Shown one piece after another: positions 50,239 through 62,299 of a stretch of DNA of 64,000 bases. The stretch spans positions 37,510,001-37,574,000 of the forward strand of contig OX638160.1 of assembly GCA_951804945.1 (NCBI GenBank). The letters run 5' to 3'. Numbering within the stretch: the stretch's first letter is position 1; the number at the start of each line of letters is the position of its first letter. The notes below the pieces were generated by a model that was not told the origin of the DNA, did no database searches, and saw nothing but the letters and a program-made list of their open reading frames with translations. A program made the position numbers and the translations under genes. Origin of the DNA: Podarcis cretensis. Taxonomy: Eukaryota.

Positions 50239-50553
50239 CGCCTTAAAAGTTGCCTGACCGCTCTAATTAGGGTGGCGAACAGGCAGCAAAGAGCTCTTGG
50301 AGATATATATAAACAAAATGCAAGGCGCTCTCAGGAGCCAACGCCCAGTCAAGGAAGAAGCGTCTTAATATGTACTGGTCTCCGAGACAAGCCCAAGAGA
50401 CGGGGATGTGAAATGAGCCATAGACTAATGCCGCCCGGTGTGCTTTCTTGCATCCTGGCTAGTTCGGCTGACGCCCGCCTGGTGAAGCAGGCGCCAGGTG
50501 ACAGGCCTCGCTGGGTTTCCATCCTTCGCAGCAGTGCCGACAAAGCCGAAGTG

Positions 50554-50572
50554 GAAACACGAGGTGGCGCCC
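50554..50572 (+). promoter_or_regulatory. Candidate CTCF site 3' of HOXA13
   Basis: GAAACACGAGGTGGCGCCC matches the CTCF core at most positions. Confidence 0.45.
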
Positions 50573-51088
50573 TTCATCTACTAATCCAGAAGAAGGCTAT
50601 TCATGAGCTGTCAAAAGTCAAGGTCACAAATTGTCTTTTCTCCACCCACCCCCCATCAAGGTCAAGGTTTAAGGCCTTCCTAGTCCTGTCATTTCAACAA
50701 ATACCAAAACCTCTCTCTCTCTCTCCTTGCTCCCCCCCCACCCCCCAAAAAACTCTTAACCGGTCCTGCCAATAAACCTTAAATACGACACTCTTGCATT
50801 TGTGGTCTCTAACAACTGTTTTTCATTCGGGAAGGGGTGCTCCGGCTCAATGTTTATATCTCCTCCCTCCCCCCCGCTTCAGAATACCTGACTCTTTAAC
50901 CTTACTGAAACATTTATAGTTTAGTTATCACGCATTCGCTTTCTGGGCTAGGTAATTTACGGGGGAAATATGGACCATATCAGCAATTTAGGAGAAAACA
51001 TTAGGCCTGCAGGATAAGTACATTCGTCCTGAAATTCACGGATATGTATATATCAGAGGGAGCGAAATAAAGGAGGGTTTAAGCAGGC

Positions 51089-51113
51089 TTTATTACAGTG
51101 ACTATTTTTTATT
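51089..51113 (-). terminator. Candidate HOXA13 polyadenylation signals (two AATAAA)
   Basis: TTTATT on + at 51089-51094 and 51108-51113, about 1.3 kb after the stop codon. Confidence 0.45.
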
Positions 51114-52432
51114 AACAGTATTAACACTAGTATCTATCTACAGCTCTTAGATTTTCATTTTCAGTAAAAATATAAAAAAAACAAAAAACAAACCAAGGGT
51201 GCACCAATACATTTTCACAGTGTGCTGATTAAAAAAAAATATTTACAAGATAGCCTCTCCTTGTGAAGGGGGGGGGGGGATAATAATGTGCTGGTTGAAG
51301 TTGCAGACTGATTTGTTTCAAGGGGTGAAAGTGCTGTAAAATGAATTCCTATACTTACTAATGCAGCCGGATAACTGAAAACGAAGAAGGAAAAATGTCT
51401 ACTTACTCATAGTTCAAACTATAGAATATAGAAATCAAGATATCTCTGGGAAGCAAAATATATTTTCATTATCAGGTCCTTTGAGATTGTTTCTCTTAGA
51501 AAGGGATTTCTGTTACATCACAATTATAACTCTCATGTCTCTGTTTCTCCCCAAGTTTGGAAAACAGTCATTTATGGGATTTACACCATTTGTTTACTTG
51601 ATTAATGTCGCTGATACTGAAAAGCTATAGAGTCCCTTTACAAATCTCTGGAGTATTCTATTATCACTGAGTTTAGGGATCAAGAAATGAGCGATTGGAA
51701 AGTAAATCAATTTTTTTTTTGTAAGGTTCCCCTTTTTACACCCGGTAGTTTAGACTGGTTTTAATTTCTTTTCAAGGTTCATCCTTCGCAGAGTTTCCTT
51801 CATTACTGCTGTCTTTGGTACTTAGTACCTTCCTCCAGAAAGAAAATAAAACAGAAAACACAAAAGGCATTGCTTTAACATACAGTAATTGTACAACCCC
51901 ACCCACCCCCGTGTTTACCTGAGCAACCATTCAAACATGCTTTTGGGAAGCAACGCAAGAAATTGGATCGCAAAGTGTGTGCATGTGTGTGTGCGCGCGC
52001 GCGTATTTTTTTTTTTAAGCCATCTTTCAAATTACAGTCCTAAATAGTGTCCTACAACAGTCACAGTAATACTTACACGCTTTTCTCCACAAAATGTTTA
52101 TCTTTCTTAACTGAAATATTTCTGGATTGGGCATTTGGGCTCTCAGACTCAGTCACTGAAATGGCCTCTTCTGGATTTCGGGAGCACTGACAAGTCTTAA
52201 AGCATTTCTCAAGAACCCATACTTTCTCTCTCTCTTTCTCGCTCTCTCCAAAAGCCATAATTCCAAAGAGACAGAGAGTTCTGGTGAAAGAAGAGGTTCA
52301 TTGTCTTTTATTATTTTCTTTTTTACTTATTATTTACTTATTATTATTATTATTATAATCTGGACCAAAAAAATATAGAGAAAGAGAGTTGGTTTTTTAG
52401 GCCTCTTGGCAGCTGCGCTTTCATTTAATCCG

Positions 52433-52677
52433 TTAACTCGTCGTCTTCAATTTGTTGATGACTTTTTTTTCTTTCACCCTTCTGTTTTGGAACCAGATTG
52501 TGACCTGCCTCTCTGAGAGGTTCGTAGTTGCCGATATCCTTCTGCGCTTGTCCTTGGTAATGAATTTATTTGTAGCATATTCCCTTTCCAGTTCCTTTAA
52601 CTGAACTTTGGTGTAAGGCACTCTCTTCTTTCGCCCACGCCGGTAGGAGTTGGCATCCGAAGGGTGCGAAACCACGT
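52433..52677 (-). CDS. HOXA13: Homeobox protein Hox-A13, exon 2 (homeodomain)
   Basis: Encodes [81 protein letters not shown]. Acceptor TTCTAG| with AG at 52679-52678. Confidence 0.97.
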
Positions 52678-52680
52678 CTA

Positions 52681-52681
<1 letters not shown>

Positions 52682-52714
<33 letters not shown>
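52682..52714. repeat. (AAT)11 microsatellite abutting the HOXA13 splice acceptor
   Basis: Directly visible, 2 nt from the acceptor AG. Confidence 0.95.
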
Positions 52715-52718
<4 letters not shown>

Positions 52719-54067
52719 GAAAAACATCAAAACAGGAAGGCGGGCATTAGCATTATTACGACCATCAACTGATATCAATTTATTACTCTTCACCATGCCT
52801 TTCCCCCTTCACGCAGTGACAAGCTAAAATGGACTGTAATCAACAGGCCTGCATTGGCTCCTAAGTCATCACCCAGAAATGCGGGCTTTGCTTTTCTGCT
52901 GCTAGCAAGCGCTTAGCTGCAAGCTCTTTTCCCTGTAACACCAAAAGACTGTAGGAAAATTATACGCAGTTATAATAACCGATGAAGCGTGCGAGCTGAA
53001 GCCTCGGTGGAAAATTCTTGTTAACCGGGAAGACTTCATGCCCCTTGGCAGACTTGTTCAAGTCGATTCGCTCCTCGGAAATAAATATATAAACAAACAA
53101 ATCGTGCATATGTTCTAGAATCTAGATCCAGCAGAGCTGAGGTACCCGAAACTTAGTTCTGGTACCGCTGAAGAAGGGGAAGGGGAGCGGAGACTGGTGG
53201 TCGAAATAATTTGGAAGCAGAGCAGTCAGAACGAGTAACAATCTTCTGACTTGAAGCTAGACAGCTACTAGTACAGTACTGCAGCTTCTATTACTTTTGT
53301 GGTGCAGTAGCAATGTATATGTATATACACACATATATATTGCTAAAGTCGCTGACCGTAGAGGAATAATCTGACTAAGGGAGTTCATGCTTCACCAGGA
53401 AGGCTTTATGTTAATCAGAAGGCTAGTAATTGAGCAAGTAAAAAACAACAACACTCTTAAGTTTTATTATATAGCCCAAACCGAGAAACTAAACTGGGTG
53501 ATAGTGGCGTAAGGAATGGCAGTAGTGATATTAAGGAAGAGGGGACTTAATCATCATAATCAAGTTATTTATGAGAGGCTTGATCTAACGAGTATTGGGA
53601 GAGTGTGAATAAGAGGACAAACGCTACAATATTATAAGTATTATTATAATTGCTGCTAGTTGGGTTGGTGATGTTGCAAAAGAGGTAAATATTAATATAC
53701 CAGTAAACCAGGCATCTTCCCTATTTTGGCTGGAGAGACGGAGAAAGAAGCAGGAACGCGCTTGGTGAGAGAGATGATAGCGAAGCAACAATCGGATCTT
53801 TCATGCATTACTCGCAAGTAAACCCTACTGTTTTCTATTGATTCAAGCACACGCACTCTCTCCCTATGAAAGTTAATAACAAATGGCTCATATATAGGTA
53901 ACCACGTTGTAGAAGGTAAGAGACTGGCATTAAAAACAACTCTCACTTCTACCACGATGATTGGTGAGACAGCCAAGTAAATCGCCAGTCTCAGAGCAAG
54001 GGGTTGACCCTGCTGTGAGCGAAATAACCAAGAGGGCTGCAGTTGCACTATGAGAAGTACGGATAGG

Positions 54068-54160
54068 TGCAGAGCCATCCTGGGCGCGTCTGCTCTGACC
54101 GAAACCCTCCTGAGCTGAATGGGACTCACTCCCAGATCAGTGTGGATTAGGTTTGCAGCC
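54068..54160. repeat. Decayed palindromic interspersed repeat copy in the HOXA13 intron
   Basis: ...TGAATGGGACTCACTCCCAGATCAGTGTGGATTAGGTTTGCAGCC, matching the family right end. Confidence 0.55.
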
Positions 54161-54346
54161 TAACTGGGGCGAATTCTCTCTCTGTCTCTTAAGGGAAGCG
54201 ACCATATTGTTGCTAACAAGTGAGGGATGATGGTGGAGGCTTAGGAGGAGAACGGGCGTTGTTAATTCTACCGGGGCAAGGCAGACAGTGAGGCACTAAG
54301 TAAGCATACTCCGGAGTAGAAAAGAAGGGTCATGCAGGTGCAATAC

Positions 54347-55067
54347 CCGGGAGAGTGGATTTCCAGAGGTGGGGCGGCTGGTTCTGTTCCTTGGGGCAGT
54401 AGACTTGCCCATTCCAGCCATTGGTGATAGCCCAGGGCTGGTAGCCTTCCATGGGCAGCATCGAGTCGTGCCTGGGCTCCCCGGGGCCTCCGATGGTGGG
54501 CACCACGGGCATATCCAGGTAGCCCGGCACCGGCTGGTAGGGTCCGGCGGCGTAGCCCTGGTAGAAGGCGAATTCCTTGGCCCGGGAGGTGAAGTCCTCT
54601 CCGGCGGCGCCTACCGACGTGTCCATGTACTTGTCGGCGAAGGAGGCGGCGGGCTGCGCGCACGACTTGAGCGCGGCGTTGTGGTGGCTCATGCGGCACG
54701 GGAAGTAGCCGCTGCCGAAGTAGCCGTAGGGCAGCGCGGCCGGCCCCGACGAGCTCTGCACGGCGGCCGAGCAGGGGCTGCACTGCTTGACCGATGCCCC
54801 GGGCTCAGCCATGCCGGCGGCGGCGGCGGCGGCGGCGGGCGCCTCGCTCGACGTGTAGGCGGCGGCGCTGCCCGGGGCGGCGAGCGAGGCTGGGTGAGCC
54901 ATCAGGTTCCGGCACTGGTTGGCCGCGGCGAAGTTGGTGCCTGCGGCCGCCGCCGCCGCCGCGTGGAAACCGGCTTCCATGTTCTTGTTGATCTCCTCCA
55001 GGCTGTTGTCGTAGAGGAACATGACGGGCTCGATCCAGCGGGGATGGAGGAGCACGGAGGCTGTCAT
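54347..55067 (-). CDS. HOXA13: Homeobox protein Hox-A13, exon 1
   Basis: Encodes [21 protein letters not shown]...QCRNLMAHP...PYGYFGSGY...SRAKEFAFY...[12 protein letters not shown]...HLWKSTLP. Donor CCG G|GTATTG at 54347/54346. 721+245 nt gives 321 aa. Confidence 0.96.
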
Positions 55068-55139
55068 AGCCCGATCCGCATTGAGACTAGTGGCTCTTTT
55101 TTAAAAGCCCCAAAGACTGAAAAAAGAGATACTAAATCT

Positions 55140-55280
55140 CCCAGACTTGACCAGGGCTGACGCGCCAGTGTCGCGCCACGACGGCGCTCATTGGACCGCC
55201 CTCCCCCACGTGATATGCAAAGCAGCTGATAAACATCTAAGGAATAAAGAGCAGATAATTAAATAATGGCCTAATCGCGC
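55140..55280 (-). promoter_or_regulatory. HOXA13 proximal promoter (E-box plus CCAAT, CpG-rich)
   Basis: CACGTG at 55207-55212 lies 12 bp from CCAAT at 55190-55194, with a GC-box-like CCGCCC between them. Confidence 0.6.
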
Positions 55281-55786
55281 CACGGCTTGGAATGCCAGCG
55301 GCGGAAGGCACTCGCCCCCGCGCGCGGCCGCCCCTTCCACTCACGACTTTGCGTGGCGAGGGAGGCGCCAACGCGGGTGCAAAGGAAGAGCAGGTATTTC
55401 GCCTCCCTCCCCACCCCCCGCTCTGCAAAGTGTGGATTTCTTCCCTCCCCCTCCCCCTCCACTCCCTCTAGCACATTGCCTCTAGGAAATTATTTCAACA
55501 GGCTCTCACTCCACGGTCTTAATGTCAAAGCCTTCTGACTTTCTGTATTTTTCTTGCTCATCAACTGGTGGTTGGTGGTGTGTGTGGTTTTTTTTGGTTT
55601 TGGTTTTTCCTGGGGAACGTCCCGCCCTCCCCTCCCCCTCCCTCCCTCACTAGACTTAAACTCGTATTTTCTCGTGTTATAGGACTGCAAACTGCTTGTA
55701 CCATTACGAGGTCAAAACACCTCTTTCTAAAACCACAACGCCTGTCAACGCCGGGTATTTCACATCTTCTCCTGACCTGTCCAGAT

Positions 55787-55817
<31 letters not shown>

Positions 55818-56208
55818 AACAAACATATATGTGCGTTTTGAATGATATCACTCCTCCTTTGGACAAATACATCTGAAAAAGAGGAGCAGTATCCAGAACG
55901 TAGGCAGCAGATTTGCCACGGCAGGATGTGGAAGGGAAAGAGTTAAGCAGACCTCAGAAATGAATCAGCCTCCCTGTATTATTTGTTATTGCAACAATAA
56001 AACGCGCAGCCTACAATTTTTTGCTTGAATCATCCCCGACCATAAAAATATTGCGTGGGATTATTTATTGTCTACGAGTGACCATAGGGACTCCCCCCTT
56101 ATCATCGTTAATAACAAACCCTTTGCACCGAAACGCTCTGCGTAAGCACATGCACCAACACGGAAAGCCATTATGTCAATAAAAGGGCACTTCCTTGGAG
56201 TATTTTCT

Positions 56209-56240
56209 ATTAATTAATTAATTAATTAATTAATTAATAA
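56209..56240. repeat. (TAAT)n microsatellite upstream of HOXA13
   Basis: Directly visible. Confidence 0.9.
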
Positions 56241-59200
56241 TTTATTGTTATTATCATTGGCACATACTCTATTACGAGTATATGTTATGCAGACACGACT
56301 GCTTAAGGATTTATATGCATCCTGCAAAATGCAAGTGGAAGTTAATTCATGGTAATATAATCACGCCAGAGAGTGGGGATTTGAGAGTTACTGACCTCCG
56401 ACCACAATGAAGGGAGTAAACTTGTCTTTGTAAACAAAAGCAAAAGCAAGGAAAAACAAAACAAAACAAAAAACCCACCGCACCCAAACCTCTGTCTGCT
56501 TGTTTGATGCACGCTTGACAGGTATTTATGAACTATTGTGCGAGCGGTTGGGGCTTGCAACATTGTTTTCGCTGCAGTGCTACAAGGATGGAATTCTAAA
56601 TCGTGCATTGTTTGGAGAGACTCCCAGTCCCTTGTATGTAGGAAGGAACAGATCTGTCAGTTCGCCTGCCTGTCCCCCAGTCTGCCCTGCCCTGGCCCTT
56701 TTCGCTGAGAATGGCATGCGACAGAGGGGACTCTTGTCACCGGACAATATTTCAGCGAATTCTCTTAATTGTAACCAATAAAGGGCTCCTTTCCTCTCCA
56801 ACCCCAGCCTCCTTCTCCTCCTGGATGGTCTTTTCCGCATTCCTCCTCATGGCCAAAGGCAAATATTTATTCCTGGCATATTTTCATATCCCCACCCCCC
56901 ACCCCGCTTTCCGGGCTTCAGCCGTTAGGAAAAATGTAGGCTTCGAAATCTTTCCATTATTTGGCAGGGAGGGGAGGGGAGGGGGAGCTCCCCTTCGCCT
57001 TCCCTTTCCTTTTGAGGAATCTCATTCTTTCAAACGCCTTGCAGCGGAGCCAAAACACAGCACACTCAGCCTTCCCCAACTCATTCAATTCATTAACCTA
57101 CCCCAGCAAAAGGCTAACAGGGCAGCGCTCTTTTAGGGAGGGAGGGGAGACACGACTAGAGGCCAAGGTCAAGTTGAAAGCGGCAACCTAGCCAATGCCA
57201 GGATGGTCATTCAGAGCCGGAGGAGTCTTGTCTGATTTGCTACAAAGAAACAGAAGAAGAAGAAGAGGGGGGCAGCCAATTACTCCTTTCCAACCCCCCC
57301 CCCCCGTGTGTCCTTTTCGGCCTTTCTGTCTGTCACTTTCCAGACAAACCCTTCCCTCTTCTGGTTACGGAGAACTTTGTGTGAAACTGTGGCTCTTTGA
57401 GGGTGAAGCAGGATGCAAAACAAACAAGCAAACAAATCAAAAGATGTACCAGTAGAGGTGGGGATCCTATATGCTGTTCGTTTGTTTCCTTGCTTGGCTT
57501 TGACCAGTTCTGATGATAAAAAACAAACAAACACAGGCTGTGTGTGAGAGAGATAGATGAGGCTGTATTCACATCATTGCTCTGGCTCCCAAGAAAGGCC
57601 GAGTTTTGCTGGACATTGATCAGAACAGAAGCTTCTTCAAACTCAGCCTGACCTGCTGCGCGGATAAAAGAATGAGCATTTCTAGGGGCGTTTCCATTTG
57701 TCTGGTTCAGAAATGGATTTTTGAGGAATAAAAACATGGGGCGGTTATCGCCGTCGGTCCAATGCACAGTTTTTTGCTTCTCCGGTCATTGGGGTGAAGA
57801 GAGGCGTCCAAAGAGTTCAGCTGGAGGTCCACACTGAAAGCCAACAGATAGGTGCTAGAGAAAGCAGCAGGCACAAAAAAGCGAGGTTGGATGTGGACGT
57901 TGCTTTTTGCATGGTCTAAAAACTACCTGGCGATGAGCCGAGCAAACAGGAAAACCGTAGGGCTTGACCATGAATATTAGATGAGTGCGTATAATACGGG
58001 CGAAATCTGTTCTCTACTGGACGAGGGAAAAATAAAGTAAGAGAAAAAATGTAAAGCCTCTTTGCTTTCCTAAATGCAAGTAGAGCGACTGGTCTAGGGT
58101 AGCCAAAATGAAGCTTTTGGTGGTTTGACGTGTGTTTGTAGGTTTTAAATTGATCTGTTCACTTCAAAGATCGTGTAATCGCTTCTGTGTATATGTAGCA
58201 AAAGGGACAAGAGTCCACGTAAAAACTCTTGCAGAATTCCGCCATCCCGCTTTTGTTGATTTGTCTGTGACAACCCCAAGAAAGACCCGCCATAGCAGAC
58301 GGACCCACACCTATGGCGTGTGGGTCCTCTCCGCTTTTGCGGTGTGTATATAGGTGTGTATAGGATTGCGGACACCAAGGATAATAGAAAGTTTGGGTGC
58401 TCTGTTCTCTGATGATGGGTCCGCAGGAGGTAGAAACCCAAACTGTACTCCCTTCCTAGTAGGCGGGATTCTTCCACTCCTGTGGAATGCTTAATCAAAA
58501 TTACGAGATGGTCGCGACATCGCCCTCAACCTGCGGCCTAACGGATTATTCCTTATGCGCCATATAACTGCTAATGACGACGGTCCTCTAAGATCGCCGC
58601 ATGAAGTAGGAGTGACCCTTGCAGTTGTACTGAGAACTGCGGCCTTTTAAATCATGAATTTGGACTCCATTCTTTAACCGGACCAGAAATTCAGCTGAAC
58701 ACAATGGAAATTGGCCGCTGAATGACGCTTGAGAGGCATTGACCTCACAGAACGATATCTGGTGGAAGAAGAGAGGGACACTTCTAATGTAAAACCAAAC
58801 CCTTGGAACGCATTAGAAAAGAAAACAGGGAATGATGTGGTTGTATTTATTCAGGAGAACCCGAGATGGTTAAAAGTGTTGAGAGAAAAATGTCACCCCC
58901 CTTTGCAACCTCTGTTTATGTATTAATGGAAGGAGGTTTGCAACCGTGAGTGGATGAGCGTAAGAGGCGTCTCTCTTCTCCCTGTGGCTCTAGAGCATTC
59001 CTCAATGGCAAATGCATTTTTCGCAGACTTAGGTCGGGGTGAAGACAAAGTTCATAGAAAAACGAAAAAGCTGGCATTCTTGCCCCGCCCCGTCTCTCCC
59101 CTCCTCAATAGATGCTACCACTTAGAAAATACTTTAACGTTATATAAAAGCACTGCTAGGGAAATCCTTCCTTAACACCAAAACAAAACACCCAAAGAAC

Positions 59201-59293
59201 CCATGGAATCAACTGTGTTCCATGGAATCAGAGGGGGCTCCCATCCAAATGTGTCTGCAGTGGAGTTCAGTGTTTGGCCCTGATTCACTTCAG

Positions 59294-59358
59294 ACCCACT
59301 GAAATCAACAATACTTGAGTTAGCCAGCAACTAACTTGAATTATTGATTTCAATGGGA
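59294..59358. repeat. Palindromic repeat of a second family
   Basis: CCCACTGAAATCAA...AGTTAG....CTAACT...TTGATTTCAATGGG nested inverted repeat. Confidence 0.55.
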
Positions 59359-62299
59359 CAGGCCGGAGTAAGAGTGCTACCCAGCTCCATTATTGTTTTG
59401 AAAATGGAGCTTTGCCATTTACTTCAGGAGAAAGAGAATACACCCAACATTTCTCTGGATTGTGAAATTTCTCTGATTGTAATAGTGGCATAACTCAGGT
59501 CCATTTTAATTAATGTGGCCCTTGCTACCTAATGTCCACATTACTACTACTATTAGTAGTATGAGTATGAGGAGTAGTAGTAAAAGCAGCAGCAGACATA
59601 GTAGTAGTCATAGAAGTATACTGAATGGTGTCCAGTATTTTTTATTAAACACAAATATTGCTTTTGGTCTAATCCATGGAAGGATGTTGATTTCTAATAA
59701 CTCAGTTTCCAGGAGTGAAGAAAACCTTTAAAAGATGATGGTGGAAGTATTTTAATCGGATTTGATTTTCATGAGCAAATGCAGTTTACCTGCCATCACA
59801 TTATTTTGGAGGAAAACTGTCAAGGCCTCTTCCTCCTCCTCCTCCCATCATTTTCTCTGAAAACATTCCTGAGCCAGTTTTAAGGACACTTTGCATTCAA
59901 GGATATTCATGTGTTTCTAATGTAATTAAACAGCTTTACGAGCAGCATTTGCTGGACATCCTAACTCCCTCCCTCCCACTGAGTGCTCTTTTCCCCCCTT
60001 GGAGATAATTGGGAAATAAGAAAGATTTTCAAAAGCAAATGCTAAAGGGGGAGAAACGTTCAGGAAGACTTGTGCAGAGATTACACACAGAGAAAGTGCA
60101 TTCCTGTTTAAAATCAGGGTAGGTAGATTACAACACACACAGAGAGAGGAGTGCAAAATTTTATTTCATCTAGTGTGTTTTTTCTCTCCCTCTGGGTGAT
60201 TTAAAAACCGGCCATTTTCTGAAACCTCTATTTAGAACACAAGAGAGATTTAAAACGTCCAGGAAACATAAAACGAATCAAAGTCAGACTTGGGATGACT
60301 CAGTGCCTATTGTTTGAGTACAGTATATATTTACAGTATACACTTCTGTCAAACCTTTTATCGTTTTCCCACAATTTCTAATGGATCCTCTGAGGAATTT
60401 GAGAATTTAAGAACTGGCGGGGCGACGGTGTGTGTATGTGAGTGTGTGTGTGAACACAAATATAGGACTCCCCGCATTGAAGTAGGCGAGAGTTCTCTCA
60501 TTCTCGCCTGTGTAGGTTAGTTTCTGTTTCTATCTGACCTGCTAAAGCGTTATGTTAAAAGTTATTAGGTGAAAAGATTTTATAACATCGTAGTATGGAT
60601 AGCCTCGTGTTAAGCAGAAATGTGATATTTTAACTATTTATGGGATTAGGAGTGTCGCTAGAAAGTGATAAATTTATCAATCCACTTAATGTAGTCTTAT
60701 CAGGCAAAGTGAGATAGTTTGTCCTATATCTTAAGGGGTATGGGGAGAAAAGAAAAGTGCGATGAAAATAATAGCCTGATTTTTTTAGAATGGGCCTGGA
60801 GTAGTTGTGTTTTATGTTTTGTTCCGGATCGGTTACAATTTACGTTGACCAGGAATGTATACCGATAGAACAATATTTCTAATTTATTTTAAATTTTTGC
60901 TAGGGGTTAGCCACTGTTTTTAAGAAAGAGAGAGAGAAATCAACTCTCTCCCTGGCAATCTTTTTAATTTCTGGCGGGAGTTCAGATAAATTGCTACCAC
61001 ATGATTACAAGCTCCATTGTTATAAAAGAATAATTAAACATATCCCCGAATCTCTTTGTGAGCGCTCATCGTTCTCCCTGAACCCCGGACCCACTGTATT
61101 ATTTGTTTAGGTATAACCAAATGATTAGGTGAAGCAGGGGGGCGGGCGGGGGGAGGTCGATTTACAGTGTATGAGAACTATTTTCCTAAAACTTTTTTAA
61201 ACCCCCCCCCCACATCAGTTTCATTTCATTGCTTTGCCTTTACAGAAAGTAGCATCCGTATTGCTTAGTCTCAGGAGATTTAACCACCGAAAACTTATTT
61301 GGAAGCTGATTTCGAAACCTAAGTATTCATCTGGGGGGGGGGGTAGGAAGTGCTCTTGACTCTGCAACTCAAATTCCGTTTACTCCGGAGTAAATTTCTT
61401 CTGACTCTTAGCACTTGCCTGGAGTAAGTGGGCTTTGTCCTTTTGTAAAAAGTAAGAATAAATCAAGGGGTTGTAGCATATTTCCCCCTGCGATTTTACT
61501 AACTTAGCGTGTGTGTGCTCTGACCTTCATTTCCTCCTTTACAGATGAATACACCTCTACTATTTTGACAATATTTCCAATGAAGATGATTTTTTAAAAG
61601 GAGTTGGGGGAGCGCTAGGTCTAATGCTCCCCACGTTGAAGTAGGTGAAAGTTGTCTCCTCCTATAAAATGATGGATAAGAGCCACTTGAGGAAGGAGGA
61701 TAACTCCTCTTCGGAGAAATGCGAGAATCCAGCTAAACTTACCAGTTTTACTGCAGGCTTCTGGAAAGTGGAGAAACAACCACAACTCCTCTGCCTAGTA
61801 GCTGAGGGTGGGGAGAATGCATTATTGGGTAATAATACCATCCCGTAACCCTGACCTCAAAAAAATAAATAAATCTGTACTTAGACTTTAAAATATATAT
61901 ATATATATATATGCTGAACATAGGTGGGTTGTGTAGAATTCATTTCCCAGACCAAAACCACGATGCTGTTTAATTTATGGTTCTGGAACACCAGGCATTG
62001 TGGCCGTTGCTATAACAGAGTTGAATCGACCGGGATTGTCATTGCAGTTCATGCGGCGGCACATAAACCCGCTATTAAGGCGAAACTTCTCATACACACC
62101 AGGTTTTCTCTCTTTGCAACCAACTGGGAGTTTGTTTCTCGGCAGGATCTGGCAGCACAAGAAGTTCAAGGCTTTCCTTAACAGTGAGACGACCAAAAGC
62201 TCGTAGTGTTGATGCAGGTAACAGTCGGGAAAAGAGCCTTGATTTCATTCATATCCGAGGGCAGGGCTCGGCCCCTGGGATTTTTGTATTGCCTCAGCT

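Noticed and set aside
54369-55160. 263-aa + strand ORF antisense to HOXA13 exon 1, and a 171-aa alternate-frame ORF
   Set aside because: Shadow ORFs of GC-rich coding sequence, with non-ATG starts and no recognisable domain.
39785-57165. Additional weak CTCF-like strings (TGATGAGATGGCGCT at about 39805; CGACTAGAGGCCA at about 57153)
   Set aside because: Mismatches at high-information positions; a PWM score is needed.
55300-60000. HOTTIP, HOXA11-AS and HOXA10-AS lncRNA orthologs
   Set aside because: Expected by synteny but cannot be delimited from sequence alone.
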